Origin: Amoebidium appalachense
Lineage: Eukaryota > Protista > Ichthyosporea
DNA length: 64,000 nt
Direction of reading: 5' to 3'
Assembly (NCBI GenBank): GCA_963693365.1
Contig: CAVNZM010000001.1
Coordinates: 16,735,840-16,799,839 of the forward strand
In this document: one piece after another, positions 31,358 to 43,390 of the stretch
Position numbering within the stretch: the first letter of the stretch is position 1
Layout of the letters: the number at the start of each line of letters is the position of its first letter
Made by a program: the position numbers and the translations under genes
The notes under the pieces: model-generated
Told to the model about the DNA's origin: nothing
The model's input: only the letters and a program-made list of their open reading frames with translations
Database searches by the model: none

Positions 31358-32855
31358 GTGAGTGCGCGTGCGCGCGTGTGTTGGCCGCGCGGGGAAGGGC
31401 GGGGGGAGGGGGAGGAGGAGGAGGGAGGGGGGGAAGGGGGGGAGGGGGGGGGGAGGGGGGGGGGGGGGGGGGGAGGTACCAAAGCTTAGTCAGGACCCAC
31501 GTGTTGATCACCCTGTACACTCCCTTCACCACCAGCGACCGCAACTGTGTACACGTGCCGATTGGTGTAAAATCATACGTTACTGTCTGCCATTTTGCTG
31601 TCTGGACGAAAGTGAAGCTTTGCAGCGTTACACACCTTCTGAGGGGCGTAAACGAATGCATGTCCAAGCATCCTATGACTGTGAGTTCCTTTAACCATTC
31701 CAGCTCACACAACCGAAGGGACCGGTAAAACGGCCTCCGGAAACATTTTCGAGCGTTAGCGAGTGCGCACTTATATGCTGGAAAGCACATCGATCCCGTC
31801 ATCCCTGGCCCGTCCAAGGTTTCTCAGAACGATCGTATGCAACGTGCTAGTCTGTAGTTATGCCAAGAAATACATGCTCTGATATATCCCGTTCTCGATG
31901 GTAATCTTCGTGACCGTTGTGCTCTGCGACACATCTAGGGCCCCTCGGTGCCTCCACCACTCCTCAAAGTCTCGAAAACCCTGATCCGTATCTCCCGCAA
32001 TGCCGGGAAAGCCAGATGGCCGTGTGCTCCCCGTAGTCCACGACACCGGGAAAGGGTTAAAGATGTCACGTTAGGGCAGGTATCCGGCAACACAGGAGCC
32101 CACACGAGTGTATCGAGTGTAAGTTCCCGTAAAGATGTGAGAAGTGCTAACGGCGCGAGGGAATGAATCACGTGCTCATTGTTAGCGGGGTTGTGGCCCT
32201 CCAGTAATGACAGAGAGGCTATACCCGTGCATGCCCCACACAATCTCACTAAAGCCGATTGGTCGGGTTGTTGGTAAAGCGATAGATTTTGAATTTGTGG
32301 CATGAGAACAACACTATCAATGTCGTAACCAATCTGGGGTAGGGTTAAAAGACGAGTGATTTGCCCAAATACAACCCCGGTTTGCTCGATGCAAAAATGT
32401 GCGCATAGTGGTTGCTGAAGAAGAAAATCCGTCCAAATCGAGTGAATACACCCTATCGGAATACATATAGGACAGGCAAACGTGACGGAGGCGGTCACAC
32501 TCTTGAACCCCGGAAAAATCGGAATATCAACAATATCGGATATTCAGCGTAGACAGGTTCAGAAAATTCGCTACAAATCGGCAATTTGGCGATATTTCGT
32601 CAATGCCACTACTGACTTCGATAGACACCACATTGTGACGCCATATGCTGTTTGTGATCGTGGATAATGACATCAAATATTTTCTCCCATATATGGCTTC
32701 CAGCCAAATTTTGCCCGACCTCTTTGCCCAGTGATTGAGTCTCTTGCACGTGGCCGATAAACTGAGCAGATCCCTTGGTCGGTGGATGTGTGCCACTATG
32801 CCGCTGATGATGTGGCCTGGGAGGGTGTCAAGTGGATACCCCACATCTTGCTGGT
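30638..32855 (-). pseudogene. F-box + LRR-like gene, copy 1, disrupted
   Basis: F-box-like LDTLPGHIISGIVAHIHRPRDLLSLSATCKRL and LRR-like LAPLALLTSLRELTL. Exons 32855-31480 and 30722-30638; upstream exons not resolved. In-frame TGA at 32527-32529 and several frameshifts (e.g. ~32395) relative to the paralogue at 53337-55569. Confidence 0.75.
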
Positions 32856-33080
32856 CTGAAGAAGCATGGAGAATGAGGTGGAAGTGTTGTGGAGGGGGAG
32901 GAGGGGGGGGGGGGGAGGTGGGGGGGAGGCGGGGAGGTGGGGGTTATCAGAATGTGCTACAGAGTGTGAAGTACATGTTCAGGCCCAATTAACACAATCC
33001 ATAAGTTGCAAAAAAAGAGCACACACAAACAGTATGCATCATCATACATCAAAAGCAGAACACATCTTTTTTTTTTTTTT

Positions 33081-33130
<50 letters not shown>

Positions 33131-34151
33131 AAGTCGTCTACAGCACCCGAGGAGGGAGGCTTGGCACCAGACGAAATATCACAAGGCAAAGGGAAACGAT
33201 GAAAACTGCTACACATGAAAGTAAAAGCCATACAAAATGCATATGATGTATACGACACATACATACAAACAAAATGTGCACGTTTCTATACTATGTCTGA
33301 AATGGATGTAACTGAGAACAGCAGACACTTAGAGTTCTGTGCAAGAGAGGGCAGGCAACCACTTTCACTGCAAATACAACCCATGTCAAAACATACCCAG
33401 AAAAGGGTGATTCGGGTGGAAGTACAAGGGGACCCCGGGGATAGGGCCGGGGGGGGGGGGGGGGGGGGGGGGGAAGGTAGGGACCATCTGATGTGCATGC
33501 GTACAGAACACACGGACTAAGAAAGAAAAAGTGCAATTGTGGGAAGGTGTTATGATGAGGGCTCAGAACATAGGCTGCTGGGCAGGATGAAGAGTTAAAG
33601 GGGAAGAAAACACAGTATGTGGGAGGCATAGGGCACATAGATAGGTGTGTGCAGAAGACAGGGTGTGAGAAAGGAGCCCAGGTGGGATGCAATGCAAGGA
33701 TAAGCCGGGCAGGGCAGGAGGGAACAAGAGGAGGGCGGAGGGGGGGCAATAGGGAAAGCATGATGGTTTCACTACCTCACAAGGCTACAATGCCGTGGGT
33801 AGATAGACGAATTCCTTCCTGGTCAAGGAAGGTGGGAGAGGAGGGGGGAGGGAAGGGGGGGGGGAGAGGGGGGGAAAGAAAAGGCGAGAGAGACGGGTGA
33901 AAAGAGAGGGTGTGATATGACTGGGGGGTGGGGGGAATCAATACAACGAACAGCCCATTTCAGGTGCCAGACATATCACTGCAATCACCAAACCGCATCA
34001 CATGGCGCCTGTCAGAGAGAATTAAGGAGATGAAGACACATAAAAATAGGACATTCATTGAGTGAAGTCAGATATCTAGAACTAATAGCGGGAAGTTCGG
34101 TGTCAGCTCTGTGTTTGGTGTTGGGCATGTGTGCAGACAAGCCACATTGTT

Positions 34152-34217
<66 letters not shown>

Positions 34218-34438
34218 TGTGTATGTGTGTGTGGGTGTGCGTGCGCACGTGTGTGTGTATGCATGTGTGTGTGTGTGAGGAAGGGAGGAGGGGGTGGGAG
34301 GGGGTGTGGGTAGGGGTGGGGGGTGGGGGGGGATTTGTAGGTATGAGAGTGGGCAACAGAAAAACAGAAAGCAGAGTGGGCGATAGACAGCAAGGGAGGC
34401 GAGGGAGGGAGGGCGCAGGAAGGGGGAGGGGGGAGGGG

Positions 34439-34492
<54 letters not shown>

Positions 34493-36140
34493 AAAGTTTT
34501 AAAATTGAGCGATAAGAGGGTTGCAGGTGACGAGACTAATAGCCCTCGGAGGGGGGGTGGAGGGGGGGAGGGGGGGGGGGGGGGGGGGGGGGGGGAAGGC
34601 AAGGAGGAGGGGGGTAAAGAGAAGCAGATAGGCCTAATAAGACAACGTTTTGGATATGTTTTTTTTTTGTTTTTTTTTTGGGGGGGGGGGTGGGGGGAGA
34701 GGGATGGAAAGGCCTCATGTAGAAGGAAGAGGTGCGAGAGGAGGAGTGAAAAAAGAAAACTATAGACAGGTGCGGTGGGACGGACGGAAGGGCATGCACA
34801 GGGAAGGCTCAAGTGTAGGAACGGTGGCCGGGGGAGAGGGGGGGGAGACGAGACAAGGACGGAGAGGATGGAGGCAGGTTTTGGTAGAGCGAGAAGCCAG
34901 AGAAATGCGCCTGACAAGGAGAGTGGGAGACCATAGTTCAAGGACGCATATTCCAGAAAAGACGGGTAGACGAGATGGTGATTCCAGATGGCAGACCTGT
35001 GATGATTGCAGCCACACTAAACGGATGGCTTCTTATACCCTGGAAAGGGTGGGGGGGAAACTCGGCGGCCTTGAGAGTTTGGGCGAGCGAGCACGTCTTC
35101 TCACGTATGGGTGCGAACACTGAGCAACCGATGTATGCTCAACTCGTGTGCCATGTGAGATGCGCGCATCCGGGGTAACTGAGAGATGGGTTGGGAGGGA
35201 GAGAAAGAGGGAGGGGGTGGGTAGGGGGGGGGGGGGGGGGGGGGGGGGGAGGCTCACAAAACAATTTTAACACTGATCACATGCCAAACCAGAGACACAC
35301 CTGCCATGTCGCTCCTGGCTTGCGTAGCCACTCGTTTCAGGAACAAAGCATCCTAATTGAACTATGAGGCCTTATTCTTGATCCGACTCCAAATGCTCGT
35401 AACCTAATATCCGCAGCGTGGATACCCTTATTTTATATTGACTTGCTTGCTCTAGTAGGAAGGTAGTATTAGTCACTAATTAGTAATTAATGTGTTGACG
35501 ATCACATGCTTGAACAAAGCGGACACTGCGGCATGTTCCACCAGTCTAGTAAAATCGGCACAATTCTAAAGCCTTGGGGCCCAGCTATACTATAACAGCT
35601 CTCTTTCCAGTGATGTTGCCTGCTGTCTAGAATACTCTGGCACTCTCAACTCCCCACAACACGTGCACAAACACGTGCACTGTGGCTGCCACACTGTAAA
35701 CTTGTGGGTTTGTGTTCTTTACCATATAAGGGAAGCGTGCGAGGTGTGCATCTACCTTGTATGATGATTGGCTTAGAATGTACCACTGGCCTGTTCCTAT
35801 TGGTGCGCTATTTTCGTATTAGTAGATTGCGGAAGATAAACCTCTACGGTGTATTTTAACTTAGAAATCATGTAACTGACTGGGGTTGGGGGTTTTAAAC
35901 GCTTATTATAAACAGAAGGGGGTGAGTAACTCAACCGTCGAATAAATCCAGTCAAAAGAAAAAAAATGATAAGCATTTGTGCTTTTCCGGAAAACATTTC
36001 CGCATTCTCCACGATCACTTCACATGGCACTCGGTTCACTGAGTCGGTCTGGTCACGGTGAAGCCCAAAGCCTCCATTTCTTCCGTCAGTTTTGACGACC
36101 AACACGTGTTCAGTTGATTACTTTCTGCTCCTCTTTCAAA

Positions 36141-36833
36141 ATGGCTGACGTCGAAAGGATAAAGAACGCCATGGGCGCGTACCAAGACTTTCCCATACCG
36201 GGGATTCTGTTCCGGGACATATTCCCGCTGTTCAAGGACCCCAACCTTGTGGAGCTCATCGTCACCCACTTTGTGAGCTATCTGCAGCAGAAGCACGAGA
36301 AAATTGACGTCGTGGTTGGTGTGCAACCCCTCCCCTTCTCCCCCTTTCCTCCCCCCCCCCTCCCCCCCCTCCCTCTCTTCCACACACACACATCACACAC
36401 ACACACACACGCAGCCACCTCCTCCTACCCGAATCTTCTACCCGTCCTCCCTTCCTTCCCGCTCACACAGGCACGATAACTGTGCGTAGCCGATATTCCA
36501 GGCCTGTCCCACATCTTCTTGTCCCACGCGAGAGTTTCAGGCTTGATGTGATGAGTTTTCCAGGCAACCTAGAGCATATGGATGGACATGCACTCCTTTG
36601 TACGTCCCATCACCATTCTCCTTGCACAACAGTTGGGTCTGCATAAACTCGGATACTAACCATGTTATTCACACTTTGCTACAGGTCTTGAGGCCCGTGG
36701 GTTCCTGTTTGGGCCGCTGATTGCTATGCGCCTGGGTGCTGCCTTTGCGCCCGTCCGTAAGCAGGGCAAGCTGCCCGGTGAGCTGGTCAAGGTTTCATAT
36801 CAGAAGGAATACGGTGTCGTACGTCCCCTTCCC

Positions 36834-36883
<50 letters not shown>

Positions 36884-37315
36884 ACACATATTTGCCTCCC
36901 CTTCCCCCCCCCTTCCCCGCCACCCTGTTACAAGACACACACCACACGCACACAATAGAAACTTCCTGAAACCCCAACCCTTGCGCCAAATCCAACCTCG
37001 GTCATGACTTTTTCCCCCAGCATGGCCTCTTACCCCTTATGCCACCTCCATCATATCACTCCCCTTTGTGATCCCATCCTCCCCACCACTCCCTCCCCCG
37101 CCCCGCCCCTCCCCCCTCCCCCTCTCTCTTTTTTCTCTTCGTCGACTGCCTCTTTGACTATTCAACCAGTGCATCCGGCCTCACCATGTACCATTTTTCT
37201 TATTGGTACCTATCCCGCTAGCCATCTTTTGTGTGGTTCAACCTCCCCCCTTCCCCCCTCCCCCCTCCCCCCTCCCCCCCACCCTAAAAACACACACACA
37301 CACACACACACACAC

Positions 37316-37349
<34 letters not shown>

Positions 37350-39897
37350 TGGGCTTCCTGTCGAATCTCAGGGATTTCCAGCCGGTTTAGACCTTTGACT
37401 TTCACACCGATTCCTCTTTTCTTTTTTGAGTTATGGCTTTGCTGCTCCCAATTAAGCTTATATAAAGTGTTGGTAGCCGCACGTTGGTCCCCCGTGTTTG
37501 CTAATTAGTGAGAGTGTTTGCAAGCACATACAAGGATATGGATACACAGGTACATTAGTCTAGTAGCATGCAGTGATGTACGCAATCACACAACCACTAT
37601 GCCTCTGCTGGACCCATCTCTCCGGCCCCAATCAATCTGTCGTTTCCTGGTCATCTTCATGTCCGTGTTTTGCCGGAGACCCCTCCTCCCCCCCCCCCCC
37701 CCCTACTCGGAAACACACAAACCCGTTTCGCCCCCCTCTTCTGTTCTGAACTCTTTCGTCCTCTCTCTCCGTTTGTCTTTCTGCACAACTTTGTACACTG
37801 CATACACCTTACCTGGTGTAGAACACCCGATTTTTTTGTTCCTTTTCCTGTCGGTTCCTTTCTCCTGCTTTTCTTCTGCCGATCCCATGCTCTCTTCTCC
37901 TCTCCTGTCTTCTGGTCTCATAGCCTGTCTCACGGTCTCTCACCCCCCTCCCCCCTCCCCCCCGCCCAACTGGGTACCCCTTCACTCCCGCATTGATCTG
38001 ATTATCACCTTATCATTTGACCCCCCTATCTTGGTCCTTGCATTCCCCTCTTCCCCCCCCCCCCCCCCCCCCCGGTACCCCTTCACCCCCTTCATTGATC
38101 CAACCTTCAACTTTTGACCCCCCTATCTGGGCCTTGCATTCCCCTTCCGGCCCCCATCTTGGTCCTTTCATTCCCTTTTTGTTCCTCCCCCCTTCCCTCC
38201 TCCCCCCCCCCCCCCCCCCTCGCCCCCGTCCCCCCGTCCCCGGAACCCCATTCGGCACCTTTATGCATTCGTAGTATCATGCGGATCTTTTCTGATATTT
38301 TCTTAAGTGATTAGTGCCTCACGATCTCCTTTTTCCCTTACCAATCCTGTCCGTTCTTGGCATGCCTGTACTTCTTTTGTGTGCCGCCCGCTCCCAGATC
38401 TCCTCTTCTTCCACCTTTCTCCCCTCCCTTCTTCTTCCCACCTGCTGCACATTCAAAGCCTCATGGGGCCCTTAGCAGCCAGACTATTGTATGGGAGAAT
38501 ATTCAGCTTACCTTCTTCCTACCTTTTCTTCCTTAGGATGTGTTTGAGATGCAAAAGGGCAGCATTGAGCCCGGTCAGAAGGTGGTCATTGTGGATGACC
38601 TGCTGGCCACAGGCGGCACAATGAAGGTGTGTGGATGTGTGGGTGTGGGTGGGTGGGTGGCATTGTGTGTGTGTAAGTGGGGGGGGGGGGGGGGGGGGGG
38701 GGGATGTGTCTGGGTCAGTGAGTAGGTGTGTGTGTGTAGGTTAGGTGGGTGGGTGTGGGGGGGGGGGGGGGGGGGGAGTCTTCGGGTCAGTGGATGGGTA
38801 GGGGAAGGATTTTTTGCTGGGGATGGGGGTGGGATAGAGGGGGGATTTAACGTTGGTAGTGGATAGGTAGATGACTTGGTGCATGGGTGTGTGGGTGTGT
38901 GTGGCTGGGTGGGTGAAAGGTGTGCGTGGGCAGCGCCGGGGGATGGGGTGTGGGGGGGGGGGGGGGGGGGGGGAGGGGGGGGGGGGAGGAGGCTGTGTGT
39001 ACATGAAACAATCACGGGTTGCTGCTTGCATGGCAATGGTGGAGGGACATGGTTGCACATTTCCAACTCACTTTTGGGGAGCAAGCGTCTCATTTTTGTT
39101 TGATCGGAGTGCTTTTTCCTGTTCCATCGATCTTCTCAGTGCGCTCTAGCTGCTTTCCTGCCACAATTGCCTGCCCCCCCCCCCCCCCCCCCCCCCCCGC
39201 CTCTCTCCCGATCCCCCGGCCAATGGTTTGAGGTTAGTGCTTTTGTTGGAGGAGGGGGGGGGGGGGGAGGAAGAGGAGGGGAGGCACAGCACAATTTCCT
39301 TTCTGTGTCTGCTAGTTGAGTGCCTTTGCCTCCGTGTTCCCCATTCCTCCATGCACACTCCATCCCTCCCCCATGCTCCCCATGTCCCCGGGCGCACACA
39401 CACACGCACACACGCACGTGTACATGTAGGCACCTAAAAGAAAGAGGGCACGGTTATGACAATGGCCAAACACCCACATAGATGCATGCCCCAAAGATGA
39501 AAGCATGCTTGGGTGGAATGGGAGTGGGGAAAGCAAGGAGAAAGATGAAGGGAAACGATAAAATAGCAATGTGAAGGGGAGGAACAGAGAGAGACCGGGG
39601 AAATGTGTGTGTGTTTGTGTGTATGTTTTTTTTGGGGGGGGGGAGGGGGGGGGGGGGGGCTCTATAGTGCCGGACGTATCTGTGGGGTCTTAATGAAATG
39701 TACGCTGGTTTATTGATTGTCGTTTGGCAAACAGCTTGTGCTCCCCCCTTGGGCCCTCCCTGAGGATGGGCTCTGCTTATGACGCATACTGTGCGCATGG
39801 CTGATTTTGCATACTTGAATGTTTGCCTTTGCATGTGTCCTGCACCATGCTTCTCATCGTGTATGCGCACTTCGTACCGTGTTCCGCATTCAAACCG

Positions 39898-39939
<42 letters not shown>

Positions 39940-40226
39940 CACACACACACACACACACACACAGAAGCACACCTACCACCTACCCACCCACAGCGACCCC
40001 CACAACTTCCCACCTCCCCACATTCCTCCCCCCTGCTATATTCCAAACCGACCTCTCTGCCGGTTGTTTTGACTGATACTTCTGCTTCTTTCCCTTACAG
40101 GCTGGGTGCGAGCTAGTGGCGCAGTTTGGGGGTGAGGTGGTGATGGCCCTGTGTGTGATTGAACTGGTGGACCTGAAGGGGAAGGAAGTGGTACCTGCCC
40201 CATTCTACGCCATGGTGACCTACTGA
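36141..40226 (+). CDS. APRT: Adenine phosphoribosyltransferase (175 aa)
   Basis: Exons 36141-36318, 36685-36818, 38537-38626, 40101-40226 (528 nt, open). Motifs [35 protein letters not shown]-binding [21 protein letters not shown]. Confidence 0.97.
36654..36660 (+). other. Canonical TACTAAC branch-point candidate in APRT intron 1
   Basis: TACTAAC lies about 25 nt upstream of the acceptor AG at 36683-36684. Confidence 0.6.
39749..39893 (+). mobile_element. Interspersed repeat family B, copy 1 (followed by poly-C)
   Basis: ttgggccctccctgaggatgggctctgcttatgacgcatactgtgcgcatggct...ttcgtaccgtgttccgcattcaa is near-identical to 55902-56030. Confidence 0.7.
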
Positions 40227-41481
40227 AATGGAGCATGCGGGCACACACATGGTGTGCACTTATGCATGCACGTACGTCCAAGTGGTACCGGAGGTAGAGC
40301 AACACGGTTGTGTTCGAGTGTGTACGTGCCCGGAGACAACCTTGCGTATGCAATGACAAAGGCTATACTTTCTCAGGCACATAAAGTGCGGGTATATGTG
40401 AGGCTAAGTGACAGACTTATAGGAACGGCTTAGGGGTAGGTACAGTAAGTTATAGTGTGTTCTTGAACCCTCATTTTCTGAGAAAAAGTTATCAGTTGTG
40501 TGCACGGGAGGGAGGTGGGTTTGACATATGTTGTTACATATACGGTTTTTTGGGGGGGGAGGGGGGAGGGGGGATAAAACGGAATTGTGTGACTGGCTCA
40601 GAGTTTGAGGAATAGCTTATGCTTCTTCCTTTTCTTCTTCTTCTTCTTTTGTCTCCCTTGTAACTACCTAAAAAAAAAAGCTGTAATGATAATTCTGAGC
40701 TTGCAACAAGAGACTGCAGGCAAGTCTGGCAACAGACCCTGCATGGATACGAGGGGATAACCGTGTGGTTCTGCTGGTCAGACATTAAACATGAAATACA
40801 TCCTAGCAAATAGGTTGTCGGTCATATTGTGTATGCAACCTCTGCACCGTGTTCAAGAAGTTCAATGTATGCATCCGAGCGGATGTTCGTCAAGAACGAT
40901 GTAAGACTGTGTTACACAAAGGGCCTGCAATATAATACTGTCCGTAACATTCACAGTCTATAACAGACCCCCGAGCATTTTCTTTGCTACAACTAATTAG
41001 GGGGGGGCTAGCGTTAGCTTGCAGCCCCCAGCTCCCCAAACAAGTAAGAAATCGATGTTTGCTAGGTGTTGTTCCCTTGTGTGTGCATATGTCTTTGATT
41101 TGTTTGCACACGCTAGTCTGACCATGCAGCCTGACAGTACACATATAGCGGGCAGGAGACGTGATGGCAATCTATCCCCAGCTTTGTTTTCAATACCTGC
41201 GCCACCCACGTCACACACACACATCACCCTCCTAACCCGGTTGATTAGTTAGCCTTTTTTCTTTTCTTTTTTTTTTTTTTTTGCTTTTTCTTGTTTTTTT
41301 CGGATGTACTGTCTGTAGGGTTAGGGGTTCTTGTGTTGTGACCGTATATTAGGTAACAATACTAAGGGGTGTATTTCATTTGTAGTATGATGTACATATC
41401 ATGCATATGGGGCACAAGTTGTGTTTCCGACTGGCCGGAGGGAGCGGCCAATAATTAGTGCAATGATCCCCCAAGTTATCA

Positions 41482-41543
<62 letters not shown>

Positions 41544-41780
41544 CCCCCTGCCCGCTACCACTGCAACATAGCCATTCTTTTCGTTGTCGACATTTGTTCT
41601 GGGCAGAAAACATGTACAAAAATGTACTATTAGATGCCGTCCTTCAGGCCTGCAATCCCCACCGCAAGTAAGGGCCTTAGAACATGCTGGCGGCCAGATC
41701 GGGGAGTATTAAGGACATGAACCGCAGCCAGGTTTTTAGATGTTTATATTGACGGACTGGCCAAACTGTTTCTACTCCAC

Positions 41781-41816
<36 letters not shown>

Positions 41817-42426
41817 TTCCCCACCCCCCACCCCACCCCCTTGTCCCCCCTAAGCCTATTGTAGCTTGTACTGTAGCTACCTAGCCAGCCCCCCCTCCCC
41901 CCCCCCCCCCCTCCCCCCTCGAGATTTGTCAAAGGCAAGAGTTATGGGCAGAAAACATGTACAGATGCCGTCCTCCTGGCAATCCCCCAGTAATTCATGA
42001 TCTGATCAGGTCAAGCAAGGGCCCGCTTTTCATTGGGGGGGGGGGGGGAGGGGGTGTCGAAGATGAGGGAGGGAGAGAGGGAGGAGCATCAGAGATACGA
42101 TATACATACGGTGAGGTTGTTATTTCTGACAGTGTAGTCATCGATATTGGCAAGGCTTGGGTGTATTATTAATCCAGGCTCTTCAGCCTGCATAAACGCA
42201 AATGATGTACATTGGAAAATTTAAAAGCATATCGCGAGCTTGACTACTAGAGTTGATTCAACACATTGTAATGGGTCGGTACGAAAGTTCAACCTTTCGG
42301 GCTCCCACTCCCCTAATGTTAAAGGCTCCACCCCCCCCCCCCCCCCCCCCTCCCCCCCCCCCCCCCCTCTCTCCCCTCCCCCCACTACCACCATTGCCCA
42401 TTACCCATTCCCCCTCCTCCCCCCCC

Positions 42427-42496
<70 letters not shown>

Positions 42497-43054
42497 ACAC
42501 ACACACACCGCACAACTCCCCACCCTTTTGTTCAATATTCCTTGAACCGTGCCAGGCATGACATGCGAACATTGGGGATATCGGTGGCATCAAACACAGG
42601 TCCAGGCTTCAATATTATCTTTCTTTCTTTTTTTCTTCGGAATAAGCAAGGTAGACGACCGTCTAGTAAATGATGGCTGGATGGCTCGGTCATTGTGCAC
42701 ATTATTTATTCAACGAGCTTCATTATTCAACGAGCTTCAGTTCTGTATGTACAACATCATCTTGGCAAAACCAACTGCTATCATCATATCCTGCGTAATA
42801 CTTGCGGAATATGTACGTAGTACATTTTACATACCAGTGGCCCAGTTTGTAACTCATAGTACTATGGCTGTAACAATGGCACTGACACAAATTAATCACT
42901 CGGATAACTATACATACCGTACGAATCCTCAATTTACACCCCTCCGCACGACTATATATGTAAACAGAGCATCTAATCAAATTATAAACCCATCTATGTA
43001 ATCACGACTCGATATGATATGCTTGCAGGCACATCTGTTTAATTCTTTGCCTTT

Positions 43055-43390
43055 TCAAAACCAACCACCGATTTTTGTCTGCTGGCGAAGTAGGCCGTTA
43101 GCGCCTGCAATCTGAAACGAGCGCAAGTCATGAATATTGAAGTAAGCATTCTGAGGCTCCTTGATGAGCAAGTCAGTGACCATCTTCACACTGGTACCTT
43201 GCACCAAGTTACCAACATATCGCTGTGGTACACCGTTTGCTTTCTGCTGGCAGGGAATGGTGAAGTTGACCAAGACGTCTGGAAGAGGCGCACTGCCACA
43301 GAAAACAACCAATGGGGCACCGTTGGTTGTGCTGTTGCCGGCGTGCAGGTGCATGCCGATGACCTCATCATCGACACCCGTGAAGGTGAG
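43055..43390 (-). pseudogene. 5'-truncated CHRD-domain coding fragment
   Basis: LTFTGVDDEVIGMHLHAGNSTTNGAPLVVF...AYFNIHDLRSF...NGLLRQQ matches the CHRD pattern (HxH.G....GP, Y.NxH, GxxRGQ). Upstream sequence on this strand is the antisense of Gypsy pol. Confidence 0.65.

Noticed and set aside
37990-38170. Local imperfect duplication (tttgacccccctatct.gg.ccttgcattcccct x2) in APRT intron 2, and a similar one at 41600-42025
   Set aside because: Ordinary short local duplications with no further structure.
42549-43001. 150-aa + strand ORF
   Set aside because: AT-rich, non-ATG start and no motif; probably the 3' flank of the CHRD fragment.
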